Numbered from the stretch's first letter, positions 6,379 through 15,058 are shown. The stretch is 15,172 nt of DNA from a bacterium (GCA_050125095.1 JASFEA010000075.1:1-15172), one strand, 5' to 3'. Notes: a model not told the origin generated them from the sequence alone. Numbers and translations: made by a program.

Positions 6379-9300
6379 TCACGGGGTCTTTGCTGTTCTT
6401 AATATGCGGCTCGACCACTTGCGGAGGTCATCGAGCAGCACGTATATCGTGGGGAGGACCAGAAGTGTGACGATTGTCGAGAAGGCCAGGCCGCCGACAA
6501 TCGCCCGTGCCATAGGGAAGTAAGGCGGGCCGCCCCCGCCGATCTGGGTGGTGACCACACAGAGGGGGACTAGGCTTAAGACAGTAGTGCCAGCTGTCAT
6601 AAGAATAGGACGGAGACGAGCTCCGCCTGCTTCCACCAAAGCTTCGTGCCGGCCGAGGCCCTGGGCGCGAAGCTGATTCACATAATCTATCATCACGATG
6701 CCGTTGTTGACGACGACGCCTATGAGAATGAGAATGCCCACCATGGCCATCAAAGTCATGGTGGTGCCCGTAACGAGGAAAAACCAGTAGACGCCCACTA
6801 TCGCGAACAGGATCTGCGTCCAGATCGCGGCGGGAAAGAGCAGGGACTCGAATAGGGCCGCCATCACGAAGTAAATGAGTGCAAGCGCCAGGAGGAGGTT
6901 TATCATCATGGTGCTGAAGGCCTCCTGCTCGAAGTCGAACCTCTCCCCGTAGTTCCACGAATAGCCCGGCGGGAAGTTGAATCTCCCCAGGACCTGTCCG
7001 ATCCTGGCCCTGGCATCGTTCATGGTGATGCCGTCGAGATTGGCCGTCACGCCCAGGGAGGTGGTGCGGTTCTCTCTGTGGATATTCCGGGGCCCCCTCT
7101 TCATCTGGAAATCGGCCACCGAGGCCAGCGATACGACTTCTTCATTTCCGGTGAAGAGAGGCAGATTCCTGAGGTTCTCCACCGTCTGGCGGTCGTCCTC
7201 CTTAAACTCGATGCGCACGGGTATCTCCCCGTAATCGCCCTGGAAGGGCCTGAGGTTCATGCCGCGCATGGCCGCCGAAACGACCCCCGCGATATCCTGC
7301 GTCGAGAACCCGAGCTGCCTCGCCCTGTCGCGATCCACAACGACATGCACTTCCTCTTCTCCGGTCTCGGCTTCCGACCGGACGTCGGACAGGCCCTCTA
7401 CCCGGGACAGAGTCCAGGCGACTTCGCGCGCCAGCGCCTCCAGGTGCTCGCTCGACTTGCCCATGAGCTGAATCCTGATGGACTGCTCCCCGCCCCCCGT
7501 GCTGTGCCACTCGAAGGAGGGATTGGCGATGGCCAGCCTCGGAAGACCCTCCCTGATCGCGTCCTTTATCTCGTCCATGGACTTGGTGGCCTCGTCCCCG
7601 TCCTTGAGGGTGATGGTGGACATGGCGTAATTGCCCTGGTAGTAGGTGTAGATCGACTCGATCTCGAGCTCATCCTGGTTGGCGAACAGGTAGTCCTCGT
7701 ATATGTCAACGGCCTCTTCGACTTTCTCAACCGTGTAACTCCCGTTGATGTGGTAGTGGAGCCTTACTCTCCTCTCCTCGGGCTCGTCGAACATGTCCTG
7801 CCTGACTACGCTCACGGGCACGGCGACGCTGAAAAGAAGCAGCAGGATGAGGCCCACCGACGCCCTGCGGTGATTGAGCGACCAGTTGAGGAGCCGGCGG
7901 TACCGATCGGACAGCCTGCGTATCAATTTGCTCTCGCGCTTCTCCTCGGGCGGTTTCACCCGCGAGACAAGGAGCGGGACAACCGTCTGCGCGAGAATGA
8001 GGGACGCACCGAGCGCGATGCAGAGCGCAATCGCAATGTGTTTGAGATATATGGATATGCTGTTTTTGGCGCTCACGATGTTGGGGAGGAACACTATGGC
8101 CGTCGTAAGAGTACCCGCCGTTATGGCCAGCGCGACCTCGTTTACGCCCACCGTCACTGACTTCTCTTTCTCGCCATTAGGATCAATAAGCTGGTGCCGG
8201 TGGATGCTCTCGGTCACGACGACGGCATTGTCGACGAGCATGCCTACGGCGAGCATGAGCCCCATCATCGAGAGTATGTTGAGCGAGAGACCAAGGAAGT
8301 ACATGAATGCCATCGCGATGAATATGGAGAAGGGAACCGCTATGAGAACGATAAGCGTGGTCGCGATACGCCTCAGGAAGAAGAAGAGGAGAACCATGGC
8401 AAGCAGACCGCCGAACAGCCCCGACTTCAGGAGCTCGTTGAGAGAGCTCACTATCCCGTCAGCGAGGTTATCGAAGTAGAACAACCTCACGCCTTCCATC
8501 TCCGGCAGACGCGCGACGGCGTCGATTTCCCTTATGACGCGCTCCGTGACATCGACAGTATTCGCGCCGCCCTCCTTGAAGACATCCAGGCCTATGGCGT
8601 ACCGGCGGTCGAGGTGCCGGCCGTATTCGAGATCGGGCTTCTCATACATGACATCGGCCACATCGCTCAGCCGGAGGCCATGCTGATTGATCGTGAGGTT
8701 CCGGACCTGTTCGACGTTCTTGAGCTCACCCACCGGCCTTACGACGAAGCGGGTCCCGCCGTCAGTCACCTTGCCGGCAGTGACCAGGAAGTTGCTTCGT
8801 TGCAGCTCCTGCACCAGCCTGCCGATATCGACGCGATGTGAGATGATCCGGTCAGCCGACAGCTGGATCTTGATCTCCTTCTGCTCCACGCCGTACAGGT
8901 CCACCTTGGAAACGCCCTCGATGCGCTCGATGCGGCGCTTGAGATTCCTATTGAGCATGTCGTAGGAGTCCGAGAGGTCGCGCGTGCTCGAAATCCTGAG
9001 CTGCAGCATCTCCATGTCCGCGGTCGACCACTTCCTCACATAGAAGCGCTCGAGGTCGTCCGGCAGCAGATGGCGGATGCCGTCCATCTTCTCCTTCGCC
9101 TCAAGGGCCTTTACGTCGGTGTCCACGCCCCAGTCGAACTCAACATGTACCCATGTGCCGCTCTCCCAGGTGGTTGAGCTCATGCGCTTGATGCCGGATA
9201 TGGTCGCGAGCACTTCTTCCGCCGGACGCGTGATACGGCGCTCTATCTCCTCGGGCGTGGAGCCGGGGTACGGGATGTCGATGCCGATAAACGGTGCGTC

Positions 9301-9420
9301 CAGTTCGGGGAGGAACTCGAGCGGCAGGAGCTGGCTGGAGATGGCCCCTATGACAATGAAGCAGGTGAAGACCATCAGGGTGGTCACCGGCCTCTTGAGT
9401 GAAGTGTCAGTAAGATTCAT
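6379..9420 (-). CDS. RND efflux transporter permease subunit (AcrB/AcrD/AcrF family), second subunit
   Basis: 1013 aa. N-terminal SLKRPVTT, YPGSTPEEIE, TM4 AVGMLVDNAVVVTESI, TM10 IGVVVNNGIVMID, TM11 RLRPILMT. Confidence 0.95.
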   Translation of the reverse strand: MNLTDTSLKRPVTTLMVFTCFIVIGAISSQLLPLEFLPELDAPFIGIDIPYPGSTPEEIERRITRPAEEVLATISGIKRMSSTTWESGTWVHVEFDWGVDTDVKALEAKEKMDGIRHLLPDDLERFYVRKWSTADMEMLQLRISSTRDLSDSYDMLNRNLKRRIERIEGVSKVDLYGVEQKEIKIQLSADRIISHRVDIGRLVQELQRSNFLVTAGKVTDGGTRFVVRPVGELKNVEQVRNLTINQHGLRLSDVADVMYEKPDLEYGRHLDRRYAIGLDVFKEGGANTVDVTERVIREIDAVARLPEMEGVRLFYFDNLADGIVSSLNELLKSGLFGGLLAMVLLFFFLRRIATTLIVLIAVPFSIFIAMAFMYFLGLSLNILSMMGLMLAVGMLVDNAVVVTESIHRHQLIDPNGEKEKSVTVGVNEVALAITAGTLTTAIVFLPNIVSAKNSISIYLKHIAIALCIALGASLILAQTVVPLLVSRVKPPEEKRESKLIRRLSDRYRRLLNWSLNHRRASVGLILLLLFSVAVPVSVVRQDMFDEPEERRVRLHYHINGSYTVEKVEEAVDIYEDYLFANQDELEIESIYTYYQGNYAMSTITLKDGDEATKSMDEIKDAIREGLPRLAIANPSFEWHSTGGGEQSIRIQLMGKSSEHLEALAREVAWTLSRVEGLSDVRSEAETGEEEVHVVVDRDRARQLGFSTQDIAGVVSAAMRGMNLRPFQGDYGEIPVRIEFKEDDRQTVENLRNLPLFTGNEEVVSLASVADFQMKRGPRNIHRENRTTSLGVTANLDGITMNDARARIGQVLGRFNFPPGYSWNYGERFDFEQEAFSTMMINLLLALALIYFVMAALFESLLFPAAIWTQILFAIVGVYWFFLVTGTTMTLMAMVGILILIGVVVNNGIVMIDYVNQLRAQGLGRHEALVEAGGARLRPILMTAGTTVLSLVPLCVVTTQIGGGGPPYFPMARAIVGGLAFSTIVTLLVLPTIYVLLDDLRKWSSRILRTAKTP

Positions 9421-9456
9421 CTTCAGTCTTCCAATGAAAGCGCCGTCCGGCGCGAT

Positions 9457-12400
9457 CTATGCCTTTCTATCAACCAGCGAGTAGACCACGGGGATGACGA
9501 TGAGCGTGAGCACAGTCGATACTGTGAGACCTCCGATTACGGTAATAGCCATCGGGGAGCGTATCTCGGCGCCTTCGCCGAAGCCCATCGCGAGGGGCAG
9601 CAGGCCGAGCGTAGTGGTGAGAGTAGTCATCAGAATGGGCCTGAGCCTCAGCCGCCCGCCTTCCATGATGGCTTCCATCTTGGCCATTCCCCTGGCCCGG
9701 AGCTGGTTTATGAGATCAATGAGCACAATGGCGTTATTAACCACGATGCCCGCGAGCAATATGGCTCCGATCAGGACGACCACGCTGATTGTGGATCCGG
9801 TAATCAACAGCGCGAGAACCGCGCCTATCAGAGCCAGCGGAATCGTGAACATGATCACGAATGGATGCAGGAACGACTCGAACTGCGACGCCATAACCAG
9901 GTAAACCAGGAACACCGCTAAGAGCAGCGCGAACTGAAGCGACTTGAATGAAGTCGACATCTCCTCGTTCTGGCCGGCGAGCCGGACAACGGTCCCCGCG
10001 GGAACAGGCGTCCGCGCTATTATGGCGTTTACGTCGTCGGCCGCGCTCCCCAGGTCGCCGTATGCGAGATTGGCCGTGACAAGCGCCACCCGCTCCTGGT
10101 CCATGCGGCGTATCTCCCCGGGTCCCGTATCCACTACAATATCGGCGACCGCCTCCAGGGGGATGGGGCGATCGCTCTCGGGATTGATGAGTATCTTCCG
10201 TATGCGATCTACCGAATCCCGGTCCTCTTCCCGCGCGCGCACGAGAACGTCGATCTTGCGGTCGTGCCAGGAGTAGCGGGTCGCCACTTCCCCCCGCACG
10301 TTGGCGACCACCCTGTCGGCCACCTGGTATACCTGCAGCCCCAGAGCGGCGCAGCGCTCGCGGTCAAAGCGGATCTGGATCTCGGGGTGGCCAGTTTCCA
10401 TGGTGGACTTGACGTCGGTGAAGCGCGGGTGACCCTCCATCCTGCGGGCGATATCCCCGCTCACGCGCTTGAGATGAGCCAGCTCGTATCCCGCCACCTC
10501 AATCTCGATAGGCGTGCGGAAAGTAAATAGGGTCGGCCGGGCGAACTTGTACTGAACGCCGGGCATATCTTCCATGTAGTCCCTCAAGGCCGCCATCACG
10601 ACTTCCTCATCCGCCCTGTTGGAGCCGGGCAGCAGGACCACGTTGATCTCGCCCCAGTTCTCCCCGCCCTGCTCCGGGTTGGCGTCCATTCGGTTGCCGG
10701 TGCCCGCCACCGAGAAGGTGGTGCGAACGAGGGAGTGATCGGCGGCCACCTCCTGTACCCTTGCTATGGCGGCATCGGTAATTTCGAGCGGAGTCCCGGG
10801 GGGAAGCTTGAGTTCGACCTGGAACTCTCCCTGCGAAAGCTGAGGTATGAGCTCCATGCCGAGAAACGGAATAACGAGAAGCGAGACCACAAAAAGCGCG
10901 GCGGCCGTCGCGACCACCATGCTCCTGTGTCCGAGGGCCCACTTGATCGCAAGCGGGTAGGACCTCTCCACCGATCCGTAGGCGCGCTCGAAAGCATTGA
11001 GAAGCGGGCGCAGCACCAGCAGGAAGGCCCTCGAAATCGCCCGCGTCACCTTGAGAATGAGCCGCACCATTGCTATCGGTATTCTGGTGAAGAAGAGGAC
11101 CCTGGCCCAGGCGAAGATGCGCCTGATCCTGCGGAACCTGCGGGGTTTATCTTCGGATGATGCCACCGCCGCCGGCTCGTCGTCTTCTTCCTCTGACTTT
11201 CTCCCCTGCCTCGACGCGAGCATCGGAATAAGCGTGAGCGCCACTATAAGCGATGCGAGCAGCGCGAAAGTCACGGTAAGGGCCTGGTCCCGGAAAAGTT
11301 GTCCTGATATTCCCCGCACGAAGACCAGCGGGAAGAACACGGCTATGGTCGTAAGCGTGGATGCAACGACCGCCGTTCCGACTTCGCTTGCGCCCTTCCG
11401 GGCCGAAGCCACGGGGTCCGCTCCCTTCTCCCTGTGCCGGGCGATGTTCTCCAGCACAACGATGGAGTTGTCCAGGAGCATGCCTACCCCCAGCGCAATG
11501 CCCCCTAAGGACATGATGTTGAGCGTAAGATCGGCCCCGTACATCAGGTTAAACGTGGCGATCACGGAGACCGGAATAGAGATGGATATGATCACGGTGG
11601 CCCAGAAATTCCTCAAGAAGAAATACAGTATGATAATCGCGAGTATGCCGCCGATGACGGCCGCGCGGACCACTTCGTTAACCGACTGGCGTATGAAGGT
11701 CGACTGGTCGTACACCTTGACAAGCGCGACCCCCGCAGGCAGTATTCCACGCACTCGCGCGAGCCGCCGTTCGACCTCGCCGGCCACGGCCACCGCGTTG
11801 GCATCGCCCTCCTTATAAATGGCGATCTCTACGGCCTCAATCCCGTCCAGGCGCGATACCGCTTCGCGCTCTTTATATCCCTGACGGACGTCGGCGATAT
11901 CCTTAAGATGAATCGGCTTGCCGTGGTCCGTCGATATCACGACCTCGCCGATCTCTTCAACCGATCGGAACTCGTTCAGCGTTCTCACGAGGTACTGATG
12001 CGTACCCTCCTCCAGCCGCCCGCCGGAGAGGTTCACATTCTCCGCCCCGAGCTGGTAGGCGAGATTTTCGATGGGGAGCTGCAGCTGGGCCATGCGCGCC
12101 TGGTCGATCAGCACCTGGATTTCGTCTTCGAGACCTCCGCTCACCTTCACCGCCGCGACGCCCGCAGACGCTTCCAGTTCCTTCTTTATCTCCTCTTCAG
12201 CAAAGCGCCTCAAGACCTTGAGCGACTCTTCATCGAAGCTCATCTCGGGTTCGTAAGAGGCGTATACGGCCTGAGACCTCTCGCGTGGCGCGTCCTCTTC
12301 CTCGTCCAACGGGACGCGGTAGAGCCCGAATCTCATGATCGGGTCCAGCGACGGGTCGAACCTGAGCACCGACGGCCGCTGAACATCCAGCGGGAGCTCC

Positions 12401-12744
12401 AGAGCATCGAGCTTCTCCCGGACCTCCAGGCCCGCGTAATCCATGTTGGTGCCCCATGCGAACTCGAGTGTGACGTCGGACTGCCCCGACCGGGATATGG
12501 AGCTCACCCTGTTGACGCTCTTGACCACGCCCAGGGTCTCTTCGATGGGTTTTGTAATCAGGTTCTCGATCTCGGCCGGCGCCGCGCCCGGATATTCCGT
12601 GCGGACAGTCAGGGTAGGGTATGTGAGATCCGGCAGCAGGTTGACCTTGAGCCTGAGCAGCGAAACGACTCCGAAGAGAACGACAGCCAGCGTGAACATG
12701 GCTATCGTTACGGGCCGCCTGGTTGAAATGTCTATGATCTTCAT
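9457..12744 (-). CDS. RND efflux transporter permease subunit (AcrB/AcrD/AcrF family), first subunit
   Basis: 1095 aa. STRRPVTI, YPGAAPAEIENLITKPIEE, TM4 GVGMLLDNSIVVLENI, YLVMASQFESFLHPF, GIVVNNAIVLID, RLRPILMTTLTT. Confidence 0.95.
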   Translation of the reverse strand: MKIIDISTRRPVTIAMFTLAVVLFGVVSLLRLKVNLLPDLTYPTLTVRTEYPGAAPAEIENLITKPIEETLGVVKSVNRVSSISRSGQSDVTLEFAWGTNMDYAGLEVREKLDALELPLDVQRPSVLRFDPSLDPIMRFGLYRVPLDEEEDAPRERSQAVYASYEPEMSFDEESLKVLRRFAEEEIKKELEASAGVAAVKVSGGLEDEIQVLIDQARMAQLQLPIENLAYQLGAENVNLSGGRLEEGTHQYLVRTLNEFRSVEEIGEVVISTDHGKPIHLKDIADVRQGYKEREAVSRLDGIEAVEIAIYKEGDANAVAVAGEVERRLARVRGILPAGVALVKVYDQSTFIRQSVNEVVRAAVIGGILAIIILYFFLRNFWATVIISISIPVSVIATFNLMYGADLTLNIMSLGGIALGVGMLLDNSIVVLENIARHREKGADPVASARKGASEVGTAVVASTLTTIAVFFPLVFVRGISGQLFRDQALTVTFALLASLIVALTLIPMLASRQGRKSEEEDDEPAAVASSEDKPRRFRRIRRIFAWARVLFFTRIPIAMVRLILKVTRAISRAFLLVLRPLLNAFERAYGSVERSYPLAIKWALGHRSMVVATAAALFVVSLLVIPFLGMELIPQLSQGEFQVELKLPPGTPLEITDAAIARVQEVAADHSLVRTTFSVAGTGNRMDANPEQGGENWGEINVVLLPGSNRADEEVVMAALRDYMEDMPGVQYKFARPTLFTFRTPIEIEVAGYELAHLKRVSGDIARRMEGHPRFTDVKSTMETGHPEIQIRFDRERCAALGLQVYQVADRVVANVRGEVATRYSWHDRKIDVLVRAREEDRDSVDRIRKILINPESDRPIPLEAVADIVVDTGPGEIRRMDQERVALVTANLAYGDLGSAADDVNAIIARTPVPAGTVVRLAGQNEEMSTSFKSLQFALLLAVFLVYLVMASQFESFLHPFVIMFTIPLALIGAVLALLITGSTISVVVLIGAILLAGIVVNNAIVLIDLINQLRARGMAKMEAIMEGGRLRLRPILMTTLTTTLGLLPLAMGFGEGAEIRSPMAITVIGGLTVSTVLTLIVIPVVYSLVDRKA

Positions 12745-12764
12745 GCTTCTTCTCGTCCCGGTTT

Positions 12765-14048
12765 CTATTGAGTGCTGGCTTCGGTGAGTTCAGCTCCAGA
12801 AGGAGCGTCCCCACCTGCCACTGAAGTATCAGCCCCGGCTGCATCCTTATCGCCGGCTTCCGTCCCGGCCCCCGTCTCGCCTGCCATAGAAGTATCGGCG
12901 TCGGCCTCTCCGGTCTCGCCTGCCTCCGAAGTATCGGCGGCGGCCTCGGCTTCCCTGGCCCTGGCTTCCTCCCTCTTCCTCTTCCACTCTTCCGGATCGC
13001 CGGAGACCAGCTCAACTCTGGAGGAGTCCTTGAGTCCGCCCTTGCCTATGGTGACTACCGTGTCGCCATCGTCTATACCTGACAGCACTTCTATATGAGA
13101 GGAGTTGACGTAGCCCGTTTCAACTGTCTGGCGGTACGCGGTGCTGTCCCTCACCACGAAAACGCATGACTCCCGGTCCTCTGCGATAATCGCGTCCTTT
13201 GGAACCAGCATGGCGTTTGCATGAACGTCATAGACTATGTTGACCCGGGCAAACATACCGGGCTTGAGCCTGCGCGTGCGGTCCCTGACCTCCACCGTCA
13301 CCTTCACTGTGCCCGTGGCGGGATCGACAACCGGGCTTATCCTGTCTATACACCCGGCGAAAGATTCTCCATGCAGGGCGTCCACCTCAAGCGACGCCGA
13401 ATGGCCCACCGCCAGCTTTCCGAGCTGTCTCTCGGGGACATGGAGCACAGCCAGAAGAGGGTCCATCCCCGTCACGCTGAAGGTCGCCTGATTGGCGAGC
13501 ACCATATTGCCCACCTTGATAAGGCGCTCGGCGATTACGCCGCTGATGGGTGAACGAATGGAGGTGTACTCCAGGTCGAGGCGGGCCAGATCGTATTCCG
13601 CTTGCTGCCGCTCGTAGTCATACTTGGCCTTCTGGAACTCCTGGGCGCTGATCATTTTGCCCCTGAAGAGCTCCTCGCTCCTGTGGTATTCCTCTTCGAG
13701 GTTCTTGAGGTTGGCTCTCGCCCGCTCCACCTGCACGGCGATCTTCTCGTCGTCGAGCTTCGCCAGGACCTGGCCGGCCGTTACATAATTGCCCTCCTCG
13801 ACCATGATCTTGTTGACGACACCGCCGACCTTGGCGACCACCTGCGTCTCCTCCTCGGCTTCCAGCGTAGCGGTGCCCGTGAAGAAAGCCGAAATGTCAC
13901 CCCTCGACACCTCCGCCACTTCGACGGGAACCAGCGCGGCATCCCCTTCTCCGTTGGCGTTTCCATGTCCGCCGCGCCCGCATCCTGAATAGACGAGAAG
14001 AGCCCCCGCCAGCATCACATATAAAGCGGCCCTGGTTATTCTCTTCAT
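12765..14048 (-). CDS. RND periplasmic adaptor / membrane fusion protein (lipoprotein, 427 aa) with an acidic repetitive C-terminal tail
   Basis: ATG at 14048 with SD GGGGAG. Lipobox LVYSG-C. Lipoyl-like halves KVGGVVNKIMVEEGNYVTAGQVLAKLD and IRSPISGVIAERLIKVG flank an alpha-hairpin; ISPVVDPATGTVKV and LKPGMF are also present. Confidence 0.93.
   Translation of the reverse strand: MKRITRAALYVMLAGALLVYSGCGRGGHGNANGEGDAALVPVEVAEVSRGDISAFFTGTATLEAEEETQVVAKVGGVVNKIMVEEGNYVTAGQVLAKLDDEKIAVQVERARANLKNLEEEYHRSEELFRGKMISAQEFQKAKYDYERQQAEYDLARLDLEYTSIRSPISGVIAERLIKVGNMVLANQATFSVTGMDPLLAVLHVPERQLGKLAVGHSASLEVDALHGESFAGCIDRISPVVDPATGTVKVTVEVRDRTRRLKPGMFARVNIVYDVHANAMLVPKDAIIAEDRESCVFVVRDSTAYRQTVETGYVNSSHIEVLSGIDDGDTVVTIGKGGLKDSSRVELVSGDPEEWKRKREEARAREAEAAADTSEAGETGEADADTSMAGETGAGTEAGDKDAAGADTSVAGGDAPSGAELTEASTQ
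12814..12939 (-). repeat. Degenerate coding repeats (ADTSxAG) in the MFP tail
   Basis: On the plus strand, GTCTCGCCTGCCATAGAAGTATCGGCG (12874-12900) and GTCTCGCCTGCCTCCGAAGTATCGGCG (12913-12939) are 24/27 identical with a 39-bp period. A third partial copy lies at 12814-12833. Confidence 0.75.
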
Positions 14049-14185
14049 TGAGTCACTCCCCGTTAAGAAGGCTTCCGAGTTTTCTCCGGTCAAAACCCAA
14101 TCCCCCGGGACCTAACCGTCCATATATCAGACGACTGAAACCCGCAAATTGTTTCGGGCGGCACTTGCCCACGCTTCCCCTTAAC

Positions 14186-14201
14186 TGCAATAAGCATACC
14201 A
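14186..14201 (-). promoter_or_regulatory. Sigma-54 (RpoN) -24/-12 promoter for the MFP-RND-RND-GNAT operon
   Basis: The minus strand reads TGGTATGCTTATTGCA, with exact GG-N10-GC spacing and a close match to TGGCAC-N5-TTGCW. It is correctly oriented about 140 bp upstream of the MFP ATG. Confidence 0.8.
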
Positions 14202-14240
14202 CATAACGGCGAATGTGGCGACGAGGGCGAATCCCCGCAT

Positions 14241-14253
14241 AATCAAGGCATTG
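14241..14253 (+). promoter_or_regulatory. IHF binding site core
   Basis: AATCAAGGCATTG is an exact match to WATCAANNNNTTR and lies between the sigma-54 promoter and the upstream repeats. Confidence 0.65.
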
Positions 14254-14288
14254 GGTGGAGCCGGCGGGTAGCCCCCTCCGGCCCGTTG

Positions 14289-14346
14289 TGCTCATCTGAC
14301 ACATGCCACTGTAGCGTTGACACATCCGACTGCAGTGCTGACACAT
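14289..14346. promoter_or_regulatory. Three phased boxes TGY-N5-TGACACAT (21-bp period), probably enhancer/UAS sites for a sigma-54 activator
   Basis: TGCTCATCTGACACAT (14289-14304), TGTAGCGTTGACACAT (14310-14325) and TGCAGTGCTGACACAT (14331-14346). They lie about 90-145 bp upstream of the -24 element. Confidence 0.7.
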
Positions 14347-14574
14347 AGAAGCTGCCCCTCCCGGAATCCCCGTGGCCCGCCCGTATTGCAGGCCTCCGCG
14401 GCCCGTCCTTATTACGATTCAGGTGCCCCCTTTATTCGTTACGCCCCGCAGGCGGCGCCTGGTTCCGGCGCCGTCCGCGACGGGACATTCCCGCCCTATG
14501 CACCCGGCCCCAATCTGAATATAGTGCACCTAGAAGCAACAAGGACGAGCGATGTTCTTCAGGAGGGAGATGCT

Positions 14575-14871
14575 TTGAGGTCCCCTGTGAATCTTCCGCA
14601 AAGCCGTCCATTTCTCATTTCAGGCCATCTCGGCACAGGCAAACGCACACATCACCATAATAACTTCCAAGAATGGCTGCCCTGCTGGTATGTGGTTACC
14701 GGCTATGATGAATGCAGTGCCGATCTCATAGAGGACCCTGCCGACGGTGAGTCGCTCCTGGTACTGAGGCAAGGAAGCTATTCCCAAACCACGCAGAATT
14801 TCGTCCACGGGGGAACTCCTGCGCGCGTGGCGGGAAAGTCCGGGTGGTTCCGAACCCGTACTTGGAAATGA
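14575..14871 (+). CDS. Possible small hypothetical protein (98 aa, TTG start)
   Basis: A perfect SD AGGAGG (14561-14566) sits 8 nt before an in-frame TTG within the track ORF 14317..14871. No domain is recognisable. Confidence 0.35.
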   Translation: MRSPVNLPQSRPFLISGHLGTGKRTHHHNNFQEWLPCWYVVTGYDECSADLIEDPADGESLLVLRQGSYSQTTQNFVHGGTPARVAGKSGWFRTRTWK

Positions 14872-14975
14872 TCTTTGAATCAGGACTCACCGGCAGGGCG
14901 GCCGGATATAATCTCATTCCGCCGCCCCCGTATCCACCGATCGTGAGTATTGATTATGCGTTCCAGCCGGCGATT

Positions 14976-14984
14976 TGATATAAT
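14976..14984 (+). promoter_or_regulatory. Extended -10 promoter element
   Basis: TGATATAAT is a perfect TGnTATAAT, about 75 bp upstream of the ATG at 15059. Confidence 0.55.
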
Positions 14985-15058
14985 GGCAGGCGTTGCGGCA
15001 ATTGGCCGCCGGGCCGGGATGAAACACACGAGCCGCTTACGAATACGGGAGGCAACAT

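Noticed and set aside
9440-9453. Small inverted repeat GCGCCG-TC-CGGCGC between the two RND genes
   Set aside because: The stem is short, the loop is too small and there is no U-tract. It is expected by chance at this GC content.
5822-12726. Long plus-strand ORFs (5822..6523, 7078..8160, 7874..8479, 8194..8841, 10997..11818, 11908..12726)
   Set aside because: They are antisense shadows of well-supported high-GC genes and show no recognisable domains or RBS.
14053-14346. Minus-strand ORF starting MCQHCSRMCQRYSGMCQM, resembling a Cys-rich leader peptide
   Set aside because: The MCQ periodicity is simply the translation of the 21-bp TGACACAT boxes. The ORF starts upstream of and runs through the sigma-54 promoter, and has no clear RBS.
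14289-14346. Mini CRISPR array or iterons
   Set aside because: The period is only 21 bp with an 8-bp invariant core, leaving no room for spacers. No cas or rep gene is nearby, and the position fits an enhancer.
14373-14390. Plus-strand sigma-54-like sequence TGGCCCGCCCGTATTGCA
   Set aside because: The GG-to-GC spacing is 12 nt, and RpoN strictly requires 10.
14317-14574. 5' portion of the track ORF 14317..14871 as coding
   Set aside because: It starts inside the enhancer repeats, has no RBS, and has a Pro/Ala/Arg-rich composition typical of non-coding GC-rich DNA.
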